Source of the DNA: Nitrospirales bacterium
Lineage (GTDB): Bacteria > Nitrospirota > Nitrospiria > Nitrospirales > UBA8639
Reading direction: 5' to 3'
Length of the DNA: 64,000 nt
Assembly: GCA_965203295.1 (NCBI GenBank)
Contig: CBDBCZ010000018.1
Coordinates: 2,464,001 to 2,528,000 of the forward strand
Part shown: piece by piece, positions 14,461-26,526 of the stretch
How positions within the stretch are numbered: the first letter of the stretch is position 1
Layout of the letters: each line of letters starts with the position of its first letter
Notes under the pieces: model-generated
What the model saw: the letters and a program-made list of their open reading frames with translations, nothing else
Database searches by the model: none
What the model was told of the DNA's origin: nothing
Made by a program: the position numbers and the translations under genes

Positions 14461-16536
14461 TAGTATCCCACTGCGTGGGCGGTTCAAAAGTGTCGCATGC
14501 ACATGTATACTACAAACCCAAGCTGTCTAGGGTTTATCTAGATAAACCACATGCCATGCAAGTGCAAAAGTTCACAAGATATAAACACTCAATTAAATCA
14601 AGCATCTTGTACAAGGTGGTCAACCTCTCCACAATCCTCATACATAGATGAAGGAAAGGATGAAGGGGTGTTTACAACATTTGTAACTAGGTTACCCTGT
14701 GGGCAAATATTGATTGTTCCACCAATAGATGCCAAAAACAAGCTGTGAAGGTTGAAATTTGGTGGTACACATACATGCGATGATACATGGGTTTGTGACT
14801 TAACTGATGACTAATGAACTTTTGATAATGGCCTAGACTGAGCAGGTACAAGACTATCATGGTATGACTACTCTGCAGGCAAACGAGCATGTATGAAATA
14901 GCCTATTGCTGTTGTTCACTGGTACGTTCATATTTTCTGAGGGCTTCCAGTGATCTATGCCCTGTTCTCTGCTGTATTTCCCTTTCTGGAACCTCCCCAG
15001 TGTACAATGCAGTAGCTCCAGTTACTCGTAGCAAGTGGTTTGTTTTACGCTCCTGCCCACCAGCTCCTTCAAACATTGCTGCAACCATACCATTCAACTT
15101 GTGTTTTCCAACTGGCTAACAATTATATCATGATGGTGCTGGATCATCAGGAACCTGATTCTTTGGTTGCATATACAGAATATCTTTTTCAAGCGCAATT
15201 GGCGGTAATTATTAAGGTAGAAATAAAGAAGGTAAACCAAGCACCGCTCCCCATCAGCTGGTGAAGCATAAACATGGACAACTTTATTCTCAGCGTCTAG
15301 CTGCTTCAAACCACCAGTTTGATTGTTGCTTCCTGTTTCCACGTAGACGTACCAATCGGGGTTGCTCTTACGAATCAACTGGCTAGGCTTTAATTCGCGC
15401 TGGTCTTCACCTCCCCGTAAACAAAACACCTTCCCGACAGAAAAAAAAACACAGCTCTTTGCAACATCAGTGGATTTGAAGTGCCGAGTATCTTTTTATC
15501 CCAAAGCATGTTTTCTTCTTCCTCGGAAGTAGAAGCAGTTTTGTTAGGGCTAATCAGCTCCAACACCCTTCTCTCACAGCTGCCTGAACACAGACTCACA
15601 TGTGCTGTGAAGCTCGCTAAAGCAGCCATCCTTGCCCTCGAGAAAGTTCGGGGTAAATGGGTCTTGCTGCTTCATGTAACGCAAAATACCACACAAAAGC
15701 TGATAAATGCTCTTCGGTGGATACAAAGAACAGTCAGCCTTTCTGACCTCACTTACAAAAAGGATAACCTGTGTAAAAGTGTACCAATATCACAGGGTGT
15801 TTGAAGTAGTTTATCGAGAACGAGATTTCTCCGAACACATCTAGCCACTTGCCACTGCTCGCATGGCCCACTGCGTGATCTTCTCTGTGTACTGAGGTAC
15901 ATATCCCTTTGATTAATTGGTAAGCTTTTCCACATATTGTATCGCCAAAACGATTTTTGACTTCCTCTTGCCCTTCACTTTCTATAAGCAACAAGCTCAC
16001 TTTGCCACGTAGCTTCACAGAACCCTCGCTTGTGTGCTGATTCTCTTTCTCAGCTAACTTGGGTTGCTTCTTTGGGGGTAAAAAGTCGGCCATATAATCA
16101 CGATCGATCATCACACTCGGGCCACTGACTGTAGCAGCACGCATTGGCGTGTAATCTGGAGCCTTATCACCAAAATTCTTGCAACAACAAGTCTAAACCG
16201 AGACAAAATTCGCTAGGTATAGCCCACGACATAGTTAGCTACAGTTTGCTAATAGCAATTCAAACTGGCAGGCAACCAAATCGCATTCGTGTTGCATTGA
16301 ATACGCATAGCAAACTTGACGTCATACTTATTGTATAGGATTGCTGCATAGATAAACTAAGAAACTGTGACGACTTGTGCATCCGGTTGCTAGGCTACCT
16401 ATGGGATACAAACCATTTAGACTGCCACAAACATGGGTTTATGGTTAAACACTCGGTCAGTACTGATAACCTTCCTCGGTGAATACTGACCTCGTGTATT
16501 TGCCATAAACCCTTGAAGTGGAAGTCTAAGTAATAT
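14461..16536 (-). mobile_element. Crypton-like (DUF3504 tyrosine recombinase) DNA transposon inserted in the satellite
   Basis: Non-repetitive 2.1-kb block with satellite on both sides; contains a YR pseudogene; long imperfect hairpin at 16417-16529; gtatccca (14463) and tgggatac (16402) inverted 8-mers. Confidence 0.75.
14903..15950 (-). pseudogene. DUF3504/ZMYM-KCTD1-like tyrosine recombinase, frameshifted
   Basis: Consecutive minus ORFs give EEENMLWDKKILGTSNPLMLQRAVFF / FCLRGGEDQRELKPSQ...YVETGSNNQTGG...CLVYLL / KTNHLLRVTGATALY...IQQRTGHRSLEALRKYER, i.e. catalytic R, HxxR, H and Y split across frames. Confidence 0.85.
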
Positions 16537-16544
16537 GTACTTGC

Positions 16545-17230
16545 ATTTTGTATACACGAGTAAACACAGCTATGCACAAGTATACACTGGTATACACATG
16601 TATGCACATGTATACATAGGTATACACAAGTAAACACAGGTATACACGGTATCTACATTTGTATACACGAGTAAACACCGGTATACATAAGAATACGTTG
16701 GTATAAACACATATGCAGATGTATACACAGGTACTATGCACGAGTAAACACAGTTAAACACAAGTATACACGGGTATCGACACGTATGCATCATGTATAC
16801 ACGTGGTATACACAATTATAAAGAAGTATACACAAGTATACACAAGTATACACAAGTTTATATGGGTATACACATGTATACACAGGAGTATACACAGGTA
16901 AACACGGGTATACACAAGTATACACGGGTATACACAAGTATACATAGTATACGGACAAACACGGGTATACACAAGAATACACAGGTATACAGGTATACCC
17001 GGGCATGCACGGGCATAAACGGGTAAACATAAAACTACACAATTATATACAGGTATACTGTGGTATACACGAGTATACACAGGTACAGACGGGTATACAC
17101 AAGCACGCACAGGTATACACAAGTATAAATGGGTACACACAGGTATACGTAGGTATACACTGGTGTACACAAGTATACACAGGTATACACGGGTATACCC
17201 TGGTATACCTCTGTACACATGTGTATATAC
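16545..17230 (+). repeat. GTATACAC satellite, block 2
   Basis: Same 10-bp motif and orientation as 4838-14460. Confidence 0.93.
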
Positions 17231-17602
17231 TGCTTCTCTTGCTGGAAGCAGCATTCTAATTAGAGGGCTTGCACACTAGAATATTTGTATGCACGGATCT
17301 AGAAATGTATCAGACCCACCTCCATATAATCTGGCCAAAGCGCCTCCTAATAAAGACACCTCTCATCACGTACCTTCATGATCAGGCCACCTGTAGAGGG
17401 TAGAGATATTATCGTAAACTACGTATTATCCTCCCATGATGTATTATTCGCCTATCCCCCTCTTTGAGTCAAAGGTACGTCAGAGGATCTCCCGTATTCC
17501 TCACGAAGAGCACTTTTGTGGTGCCACGAGATGCTCTTCTCACTGCACCGGGTATTGCTATGCACTATGTAGCATATTCCCCAGCCACACTGGGGAACAA
17601 GG

Positions 17603-18620
17603 CTATTCACTACGGTCCACATACATACCCAGAGTGACTTCTTGCTGGCTGAAGGTCAAGCCATTCCTGGAAGTCTTCATAAGATGAGGAGGGTCTGAGA
17701 AGCAGAATAGCTGCCTATCTTCCGAGGTAAAAGGGTTTGGTACGTTGTGCACCATTTCAGATCCAGCACTATGCAACTTCATGAGCACACGATTCACAGA
17801 GTTGCCATCTAAAGTAGCTCCTAATACCTAAATAGATAAGCATAAACTGTGAACTGCTATATATATGCAAATATGCGTTAATGTACTAACCTTCAGGCCA
17901 CGACTTTCAATTCTGCCCACAGCATCCCAGAATGGAGTGTACAGCTTCTCTCCTGTCAGAGTACTGCATGGGATCTAAGGACAGGGGACCTAAAACATGT
18001 TGAACAGTCCCAACAACATGAAAACTACCACAGATATCGCCAAGGACAGTGGTTGCACACCACCACTGAGAGCCATTTCGTATGTACCCAGGTGATCATT
18101 GATGTCGCCAAGGTTGGTGAAACCAATAAGTTCACCAGTGTGTTTGTAATAAACAAGGTCTTCGCGTACATGCATCTCATCTAGAATCAGCTAAGCATAC
18201 ACTTGATGCGCTCGGGACAGCCCTTTCACCTCAGCAGCTTCAACCGGCATGTCGTTGACTTTCTCAGGACTTGCAATGGCATAAATGCATGTAGTCATGC
18301 AAGGTATATTGTGATGGGAGCTTCAACACCCCTGATTCGCATATGGACAGATAATATTAAGAAAAGACAATACTGCCAACTGTATCATTAAAGTACCCTT
18401 ACGGAACGATGATGGATGTACAAGTGCCATCTAAACACGAGAGGGTGCCAGCGCATGCCCTGGGAATCACCCCTCGATGCTGCTGCCTTTTGCTGTTGCC
18501 AAAATAGCTCCTGAGAGGAGGAAGCACTGTCACCGATTGAAGGTTTCTTGGTTGGCTGGATATCCGTGAATTATGAATTATTCTACTTCTCCGGCCATTG
18601 CCAACGTTTCCACCAACTGC
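17603..18620 (-). pseudogene. P-element/THAP9-type transposase remnant with a spliceosomal intron
   Basis: Motifs GMRWHP (~18445), LILDEMHVREDLVY..TGELIGFTNLG, PCSTLTGEKLYTPFWDAVGRIESRGLK|VLGATLDGNSVNR (GT-AG intron 17828-17890), FSDPPHLMKTSRN; stops and frameshifts present. Confidence 0.85.
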
Positions 18621-19030
18621 GTTGGCTTCTTCAGGGCAACGAAATACACAGAAAACTATGCAAATCAAGCCAATTAGCTACGCTGCAAATCGAGCCCCGC
18701 CTCTTGATGGCGTCATTTTCCGGAGCGTTAGATGTGACTATAATATGGACCGGACGGCGACGGACCGGACCAACGGATCCATTGATTTAGCATGCACACG
18801 ACTATGGTCCGTGAAGTAGTCATTATACGTAAGCTATATTACGGTAGTCATTATAGGCTATTTACTATAAATAGCAATGATGCGCGTCATCATGAAAACA
18901 GAAAGGCAGGCGATGTCGTGCACAATGAGCGCTGTAAGTTATTCCAGCGGTGGGGGAGAGCGGGAATGTTTCACATGCACCCTCCCCAAATAAACCCTTG
19001 CTGTTTTGTACGGTGGCCGAGAAGGTTCAC

Positions 19031-19175
19031 CCGCCGCGGGCACAGCAGGCATGGGCGGGTACCGCAGCCGGGGCATGGGCGGGTACCGCCGCGGGCAGGG
19101 GCGGGTACCGCCGCGGGCAAGGGCTGGTACCGCCGCGGGTATGAGCGCACGGCAGCTACGTACGGAAGGCCCTGT
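19031..19175. repeat. GC-rich ~20-bp minisatellite next to a possible hAT-like terminus
   Basis: gggcgggtaccgccgcgggca x~4-5; aaggccctg at 19167-19175 (reverse complement cagggcctt); partner terminus not found. Confidence 0.6.
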
Positions 19176-21264
19176 ATTCTCTGGGGAAAGGTTGGGCTCA
19201 TTACCTGGGATTGATCTATGCTAAAGGCCCAGCCAATTCTTAATGTATAGCTGATATAAATGTAAGTCAGCAAGCCATGAATAAGTCCTGGATTCAAGGG
19301 CTAATCATGGCATCTGTGAGCTAGCATGTGGTAATTTAAAACTGGTTAGATAAGCAGCATGCAACCTCTGTTCGACGGTAATATTCAATACTGAACATGT
19401 ATATTATAGCAAGCAAATGGAGTATAGTATTTTATAGAGAGTACTACAGTCTTGATTGTAACGGATCATGCCATGGATGTCTTGCCATCAAAAGCTCGTA
19501 TCATTCCTGGCCACCGTACCAGGACATAACCTATAAAATTTGAGATACATAATGGTGATTGCATGCAAATAGCATGATCATTAAAGTAATATAATATATC
19601 TTACTTGGTCAGTGGCAAGCCTCATTAAAGAAATTTCTCCTAATGCTAATCAGATTCTAGCCCTCCCATTTAGCACTGAAGACCTTCATATACCATGTAG
19701 AGGTTTCCAGAACTACCTACATGTATACAAGAAAAAATACACAGCTAGCTACATGCAGTAAATTGTAGCCTATACATGTACTGCTAACTTACAACTCCAT
19801 GCATAAAAAGTACACGTCACTCTTTGGCAACAAAAGCTGTGCGGAGGCCTGGGAACGAGGCTAGCTATCCCCACCTACTACAGTCTATGAGATTTCCTGC
19901 AGTATCTCGACGGGAGAAGTGGGTTTAGGTAGTCCTACACACTTCCAGTGTGCTTTGTTGGCTGTACAGTTGCCTGTGTTTTAACGACTGGTGTACTGCA
20001 GCCAGGTACGTCATGTATGATCTAGTGCCAGGAGATTGCTGTGTAATTGCATGCCATAGAGCGATCCTAGGTGGGTACCAGTTCGGGTTAGCTAGCTAAA
20101 CTATTACATGACTGTCAGATAAATGCTCACGTTCATATATTGGATGTGAACCACATTGAGACTATCCTGTGGATCATCAAGTACAATCATATGGGTTAGG
20201 GCAAATTGTGAGAAGTTGAACTGTGGGTAAAATGTCTCTGGAATCAACAGTGACTATGGTGACAGCTAGTGCATTAGGTCACTGTGATATATATGGCACG
20301 TATAGAGATTCCAGTAGAGTCTAGAACTGATCCGATTCACTTGGTAGAAGCAACGATGGCCAAGTGTTCATGTTATTCTTCGTTACATCATCGGCTTCAT
20401 ACATTGTTTCACCTCCCAGGGTAGGAAGCCAGTAGGCAAAGTCACAGCAGAAAAATACCAGGCTGTACAAGAAGAGAGTAAGTCACGGTGGTACTGCATG
20501 AACCTGTCAGTGCTTTCAAAAACAATAATCATCCTGCTATTACTTTAATGCGTATGCAATTGTTAAGTTGTTATGTACATACTGAGCTCTGGCATTCAGA
20601 TTCTACAAATAAGCTATGCGTACGTATTGGAGTGTATACTAATCAGATTCGTATCGAGGCGGTACTGGCTGTATTATAATATTGTTTCTGTAACTACAAT
20701 ATCATGTTGACTATTGTATAACGTTTATACTGCCGTGCAGGTAGCGAGCTCACACACATCGCAAGCAGTGGCTGGAGCTCGACAGTATCCGAGCACCCAA
20801 ATGAAAATTTACAAGCTCTACCAGAGAGTGCATCAGTGGTGATTTCAAATGCAGATACCGTGGACAACAGCACAAAGATTGATTTAGAAGCAGGAAGTCA
20901 AGATTCAAGTGGATGAGACTTTGCTTTGTGACTACATGTATTTACATATGATGAAGCTGTCGTCTGGAACTGTTGTGTTCTTTTTTATTATTATTTTTAT
21001 TTGTTGTATTTTTACAATTACTTACCTTTTTGGGTGAGAGTGATTGAGCCCCCCCCCCCCCTTCCCCCCTTCCGGTAGACCTGTGCGTGTGTGCGCGCAT
21101 GGTCTATTCCGTAAAAACGTTGGCATGCATATGCCTGTTCAACAACTGTTGGCGCGCGTTTCAGCGGCAATTATCCTCCAACGGACACGTGGGTAACTTC
21201 CGACACTCGCTAGGCCGATGTGCGATATACAGCGCGCAGCATTATACATCGTTTTCTAGCGAGT

Positions 21265-21367
21265 GTCCGAAGTTACCCTCTATAAAAAGCACGTCCGAAG
21301 TTACCCCCTCTAAAAAGTACGTCCGAAGTTACCCCCTATAAAAAGCACGTCCGAAGTTACCCCCCTT
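21265..21367 (+). repeat. 28-bp minisatellite x4
   Basis: gtccgaagttaccc-ctataaaaagcac at 21265, 21293, 21321, 21349; inverted partner gggtaacttccgacactcgctag at ~21191-21213. Confidence 0.9.
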
Positions 21368-21542
21368 TACCTTACAACACGTGCGTGCACTCTAGTCTTG
21401 CGGGCCAGACTAACTTTTCGCGAAAAGTTAGTCTGGTCCGTCCGTGCATAGTCTATACGCCTATTTCAACAACTGTTGTCGCGCGTTTCAGCGGCAACTA
21501 ATCCTCTACAACATGCACGTGCGTGCACTCCGGAGAGAGAAA

Positions 21543-22505
21543 ATGAGTGACTTGTGTAGACAGCGGATATTGGAACGGCGCAGACAGCGCTACGGAGAAA
21601 GGAGAGCGGCCGAAACCCCTGTGGAGGAGAGAAGGCTACAGAACGAGTGAGCACGGCGAAGGCGGAGACCAAGCTTACATGTACGCTGGCGAGAACGCAG
21701 GGCAGCAGCGCAAGGACAAAGCATGATGAAGTCCCGCGATGCCGCGACATGAATATTGGTAGCTGAAGGAGAAGGTGGCATGTCTCCTGTGTAGAGTAAT
21801 CCCTCTCTGCAGTGGTGTTTATCGGGAGCTTCTGAACTGCCTTCAACGACTTGTCATCATCATTCACAACAGCAGCATACACGTCCTTCAGCATCTGTGA
21901 CCGTGGCTCGCATAATTTGGTGGCCGCTAACTGGTGTTGAGGTTGCAGCTGTTCTGTCACTAGACACGTACTTAGCTTGCTTTGTCAGTCTGCAAGTCTC
22001 ATCACCCCCACAACTGAACAGCTGGGTATATCTATGTGCATGCAAAGTGCGATGCTCTTCAAGCACTGAAACACTGCAAGAAACAGTGGAGTGCTAAGCT
22101 CACCCTTCTTGCTGGTACCGATTTCCTAACACTCAATGTTTTTGGCACCAATCTTAACTTGTTGAGATTGCACATGCAAGATGAAGACGTCACCGAAACT
22201 TCCCTCCTATCTGCCCCTCCGTTTACTTTGACGTACAGCCTCAATATTGTTACTGGCATTCAAAGGCATTTAATAAGTACAAACCAGACTAACATTTGAG
22301 TTTTTCTCAACTATATCCTTCCATATTATAATGATGATTGTTGACCACTGTAATATACCGCTGCATGTAAAATTATATCATGCTCTGTGATTAAATTTGT
22401 AATGTAATGCAGTACCAGCCCTGCATATCCAAGTCAGCTATGTACGTATGATCATAGATAATCTATGGCATGATGAACTCGCTCACGCTCGCCCCATTCA
22501 CCTAG
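21543..22505. mobile_element. Rearranged Helitron-like remnant (R/E-rich N-terminus, RepHel fragment, RPA-like OB-fold fragment, 3' CTAG end)
   Basis: Plus RRRQRYGERRAAETPVEERRL; minus (~21725-21920) EPRSQMLKDVY..SLKAVQKLPINTTAERDYSTQETCHLLLQLP; plus (~21930-22260) VAAVLSLDTYLAC../..KCDALQALKHCKKQWSAKL..VTETSLLSAPPF; ctcgctcacgctcgcccc followed by ctag|t at 22502-22506. Confidence 0.6.
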
Positions 22506-24305
22506 TAGATAATATCTATATAATATACGTGCGTCCACACAGTTCTGAGTGCTGTGCATATGCGTACAGGTACAGGTCTAGATAGCCCCACCCCCATTCA
22601 TTCACACAATAATTGCGCATGTGCGCTGAACCGTCGAGAATCTTCGTCAGGGAGGAGAGGATAGGTTGCTGTACGAGTCAGGCCACTCATACAACGGGAG
22701 ATTAAAGCTATTTCAAGCCAAGTAAGTTTGTACTCGCTATTATGTACCCGTTCTGTACTGTAATTTGGTCAGCCAGGGTAGCTAGCTCCTGTACAGTCTG
22801 GCTCGCGAGACTAGCTCCCGTGTCGGTACAGAGGTTTGCAAAAGCTTGCAGGAGACTGTGTAGAGTAGAAACCAGAAAGCTTGCCCTGCTCATGATCAGT
22901 AATGACCCTTTTATCTGTAGCATTGTTAGGGCTGTATTTTTTCGAGTGCAAACCTCTGTAGACGTAGCTACGAAATAACTTGAAAGTAGCTAGTCTTTGA
23001 CACATTTTTTACTGTTAGACGTTAAATGATAGCCATTGACATTGAAAGTCTTTGACATAGAGTCTTGCGCTGTCCCTGACAATGTTTGGTGGGGTCTCTA
23101 TCACAACTGCTATAACTAGTGTAACAGTTATTGCCTTTTGCAACCAACTGTGGTTGACATGTATGCATATGTATCTATAGCATCATGTAAATGTATTTCT
23201 TCCATGTACACACACAGTGTGTTTAGGTTAATGCAGAGCATAAGGAAGTGCCTTCACAGATCGGAATTGGAGAGCTAATACGGTCTGACGTATCATGAAC
23301 ACACAAGTTCTTCAATGATCTCGTGTTCGGACCCAGGTTAGTTCACTATGTACATACAATGGAAAATCAAGGCACAGTGTCACATAGCAGATTGCTTCTG
23401 ATAATGTTTTTTCTGTGTACTGTAATACATATGATGATAAAAATGTTTCCTGAAGACATGATAGTAAAACACGCTCTTGTGGCCTTTGCATGAACTCGAT
23501 CAACCAAGTAGGCTGGGTAGCCCCACCCCCAATGCTTCATTCCTAGCACTTAAAACTGTCTATTGCATTATTTATAGTTACTACTATAGTAAGTATAATA
23601 TTATATCATGGAGTACGGTAGTACTCCATATGTAGGGATGGCACTGGAAAAAAAATGGCCTCCCCATTCAATGCGTACAAAATGACATGTTGAGAACTCT
23701 GCTCTAGGTGTAGTCTAGGGCGAATATGAATCCTACCAGTTATTCTCGAGCGTTGTCATCACTAATCAGACTGTTAGCACTGCTACAGAATATCTCTGAA
23801 GTATCAAAGCGGCAAGTGGCTAAAACAGCCAGATGGTACATCTTGTCATTCTTCTTTCAGCCAGGCTAGCACAATGCTGGGTGAAGCGATTACAAAGATT
23901 CCAACACGAACGGGCATGATTGACCCTCGGGTAGTGCCTTTCGGGCATAGCGTTTTCAAAGAACTTGAATTAGTTCAGCATTGATAATGAGCACTCTTGA
24001 GTGGACGGTTGCCACTAACACGCCATTTTACGGTAGGATGGTGCGCATGCGCACACTGCCTGCGAACACGTGTTGGTCTATTTAAAGTCTACCTTCGATC
24101 TTTCGGTCCTTTTGTTCTCGAGTGGAAGTGTAAAAGTGCCTGAAAGCAAGGTTCTCCCATCCACTCATGTGGTTGCTGACCTTCTTGGAATTCCAAGGTA
24201 CTTTGCATGCACTAAGCCTAGTGATTTGCGGAAAAAGAGGGCCCAGAATAAAGAACGGTACCGATTCAAAACCGTCAATGCAGAAAGGAAGCTGCTAGAG
24301 CAGTC

Positions 24306-24445
24306 TCGCGTGCCAGCTACAAAGCTGATCCTGAGAAGAAAAGGGCTGCCTTGCGTGCCAGCTACAAAGCTGATCCTGAGAAGAAAAGGGCTGCCTCGCG
24401 TGCTAGGTACAAAGCTTGCCCAGACAAGAAAAGGGCTGCCAGATG
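24306..24445 (+). repeat. 45-bp coding-like repeat x3 (SRASYKADPEKKRAA), probable Helitron-protein remnant
   Basis: cgcgtgccagctacaaagctgatcctgagaagaaaagggctgcct tandem; assignment to Helitron N-terminal repeats is inference. Confidence 0.6.
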
Positions 24446-24609
24446 TGCCAAGTATAGGCTTAACCTTCCCCCCCATGCGGGCGAAGGCCTTCCTGATGCT
24501 GACTGGAGTACACACGAAACCTGTACTACACACATCAGCTCATCAATGTTCCACAACACTCCATACCCTTTCATGCCATCTCCCAAAAAAACACCCTGAA
24601 ACAAGACAT

Positions 24610-25775
24610 AGAAAAAGCACTTTACAAAAAGTGCAAAAACCACTCATGTAGGGATGCACTTCCACCAAATAACAATTCACCAAAAACCAACGAAACAAGC
24701 GACAATGCACACTGGAAGGCATGCACAGACTACCCACACATCACAGCGCAATGCATTTACTGCGTACCTACCATCCCTACATCTTTCCAACTACACCCAC
24801 CACACACTGTACCACCCCCATACACAACACCCTTCACCATCCACAATCATCTCCATCCTTATCCATACGTGCCAGCACATTGCCATCCAACAGCCACCCT
24901 CACATCCTCATCCACAACAATATTCACATACTACACAAAACGCACCCCACAATACAACCAGCCTAAACCTTCATAGCAACATAATATTATTCCCCAGAAA
25001 ACACACTCCGCTCACCAACCCCACACTCACAAGCACAAACCAAGCCACACTCACCAACACACACAACCACACAATACAACCCACATCAACTACCATGTTA
25101 CACACATTCCAAAGTTACCAACACCCTACCGACACCATACCAAACACACCCACATTGTCCTCCCCTTCAGACTTTCACAGCAACACTGCTCCCATCACAA
25201 CATACCAACACACAATACCCACATCAACCACCCTACAATACATTCAATTAACTTCACAACACCCGACCCACACTTTACCAAATGCACCCACATTCACCTC
25301 CCCTACAAAGAACATCCACTCACAAACTGACTTTCAACACACTCGCATAACTTCACAGCACTCAACCATACTTCTCCAAAGCCTCTATGCAAACACCATA
25401 ATATACAATTCATTATAATATATGCACCCATTACCAACACATCTTTACACCCAAAACAAATTATACTACACTGGAACCCCATATTGTTGACACCTTGAGG
25501 ACCTAATCAAGCACCCTGTATAGAGGGGTATCCTCAATTCAGGGGTACCTCTCATTACCAGCGCATGCACACACACAGCAATTTACACTACCACTATTCA
25601 CATCTCACATTCTCAACATTGGACAGGTGTGGTTGGAAAGATGTAGGGATGGTAGGTACGCAGTAAATGCATTGCGCTGTGATGTGTGGGTAGTCTGCAT
25701 GCCTTCCAGTGTGCATTGTCGCTTGTTTCGTTGGTTTTTGGTGAATTGTTTTTTGGTGGAAGTGCATCCCTAAAT
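24610..25775. repeat. Interspersed repeat family: ~140-bp core, CA-rich tract, inverted second core
   Basis: gggatgcacttccaccaaa...ccatccctacatctttccaac at 24651-24791 (+), 25631-25771 (-) and ~34052-34192 (+). Confidence 0.85.
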
Positions 25776-26526
25776 GAGTGGTTTTTGCCAAGAGTGCAAA
25801 GGTCGCTAGGAGCGAGGGCCGCAAGAGGGCAAGGAGTGCCTGAGAGAGAGATAGGATCGCTGAGGGGCGAAAGCAGGTGTCAGAGGGGTCAGGAGGACCG
25901 CCTATGTGTGGACGCCTATACGTGGAGTTGCTGGAAGGAGAGCGCAGAGGGCATGTGTTGCCAAGCGTTTGGGGCCGTGCGTTATGTCGAGAGAAGCCGT
26001 TACGGAAAGTGGGTGTCGCCCCGTGTAGTGTATTGCTGAGAGTGTGTGCACATGTACCCGTACCGTGTGTATGTGTTACCGGGCTGGGGTCGCTACGTGA
26101 AGAAGCGGAGAACTGGAGAGTATCGCAGATTAGAGAGTGCTACGAGAACTCGGAAGAGTCTACAGAGAGCTGCACAAGGAAGAAAGATCGAATAGAGCCC
26201 ACGAGAAGCAAAGGAGCAGAAGTGCCACCAAAGAGTTCAGAAGAGGCTGCACCTGTTTCAGCAAACTAGTTTGCTGCCGGAGAAGGAGTGAGAGGTGTAA
26301 CGGACTGTTAACTGTGTCACTATGTGTGTTCTACTGATGTGTAGTTAGTGTGAAGTACTGTTAATAGGTGCTAGTGTTAGGTATTTTGTTTGTCTCTGTT
26401 GTAGTAGGTGTGATTTCCATTGCTAGGCTCTTCAGTACTTAAGTGTTGGTTATTGTACAGTGTTTGTCTTTAGTCCTCCATCAGTATCTGGTTTTGGTGT
26501 CGAAAAGTAGAGCTCGGTCCGCTACA

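Noticed and set aside
4935..14502. Many Y/T/C/V/H-rich ORFs including a 304-aa one
   Set aside because: The GTATACAC repeat is poor in stop codons; no domain or splice structure
19300..20930. Scattered AG/GT-flanked exon-like segments
   Set aside because: Could not assemble a stop-free or recognisable peptide
24654..25418. 254-aa His/Thr/Pro-rich ORF
   Set aside because: G-poor CA-rich strand lacks stops by composition; its start lies in a dispersed repeat
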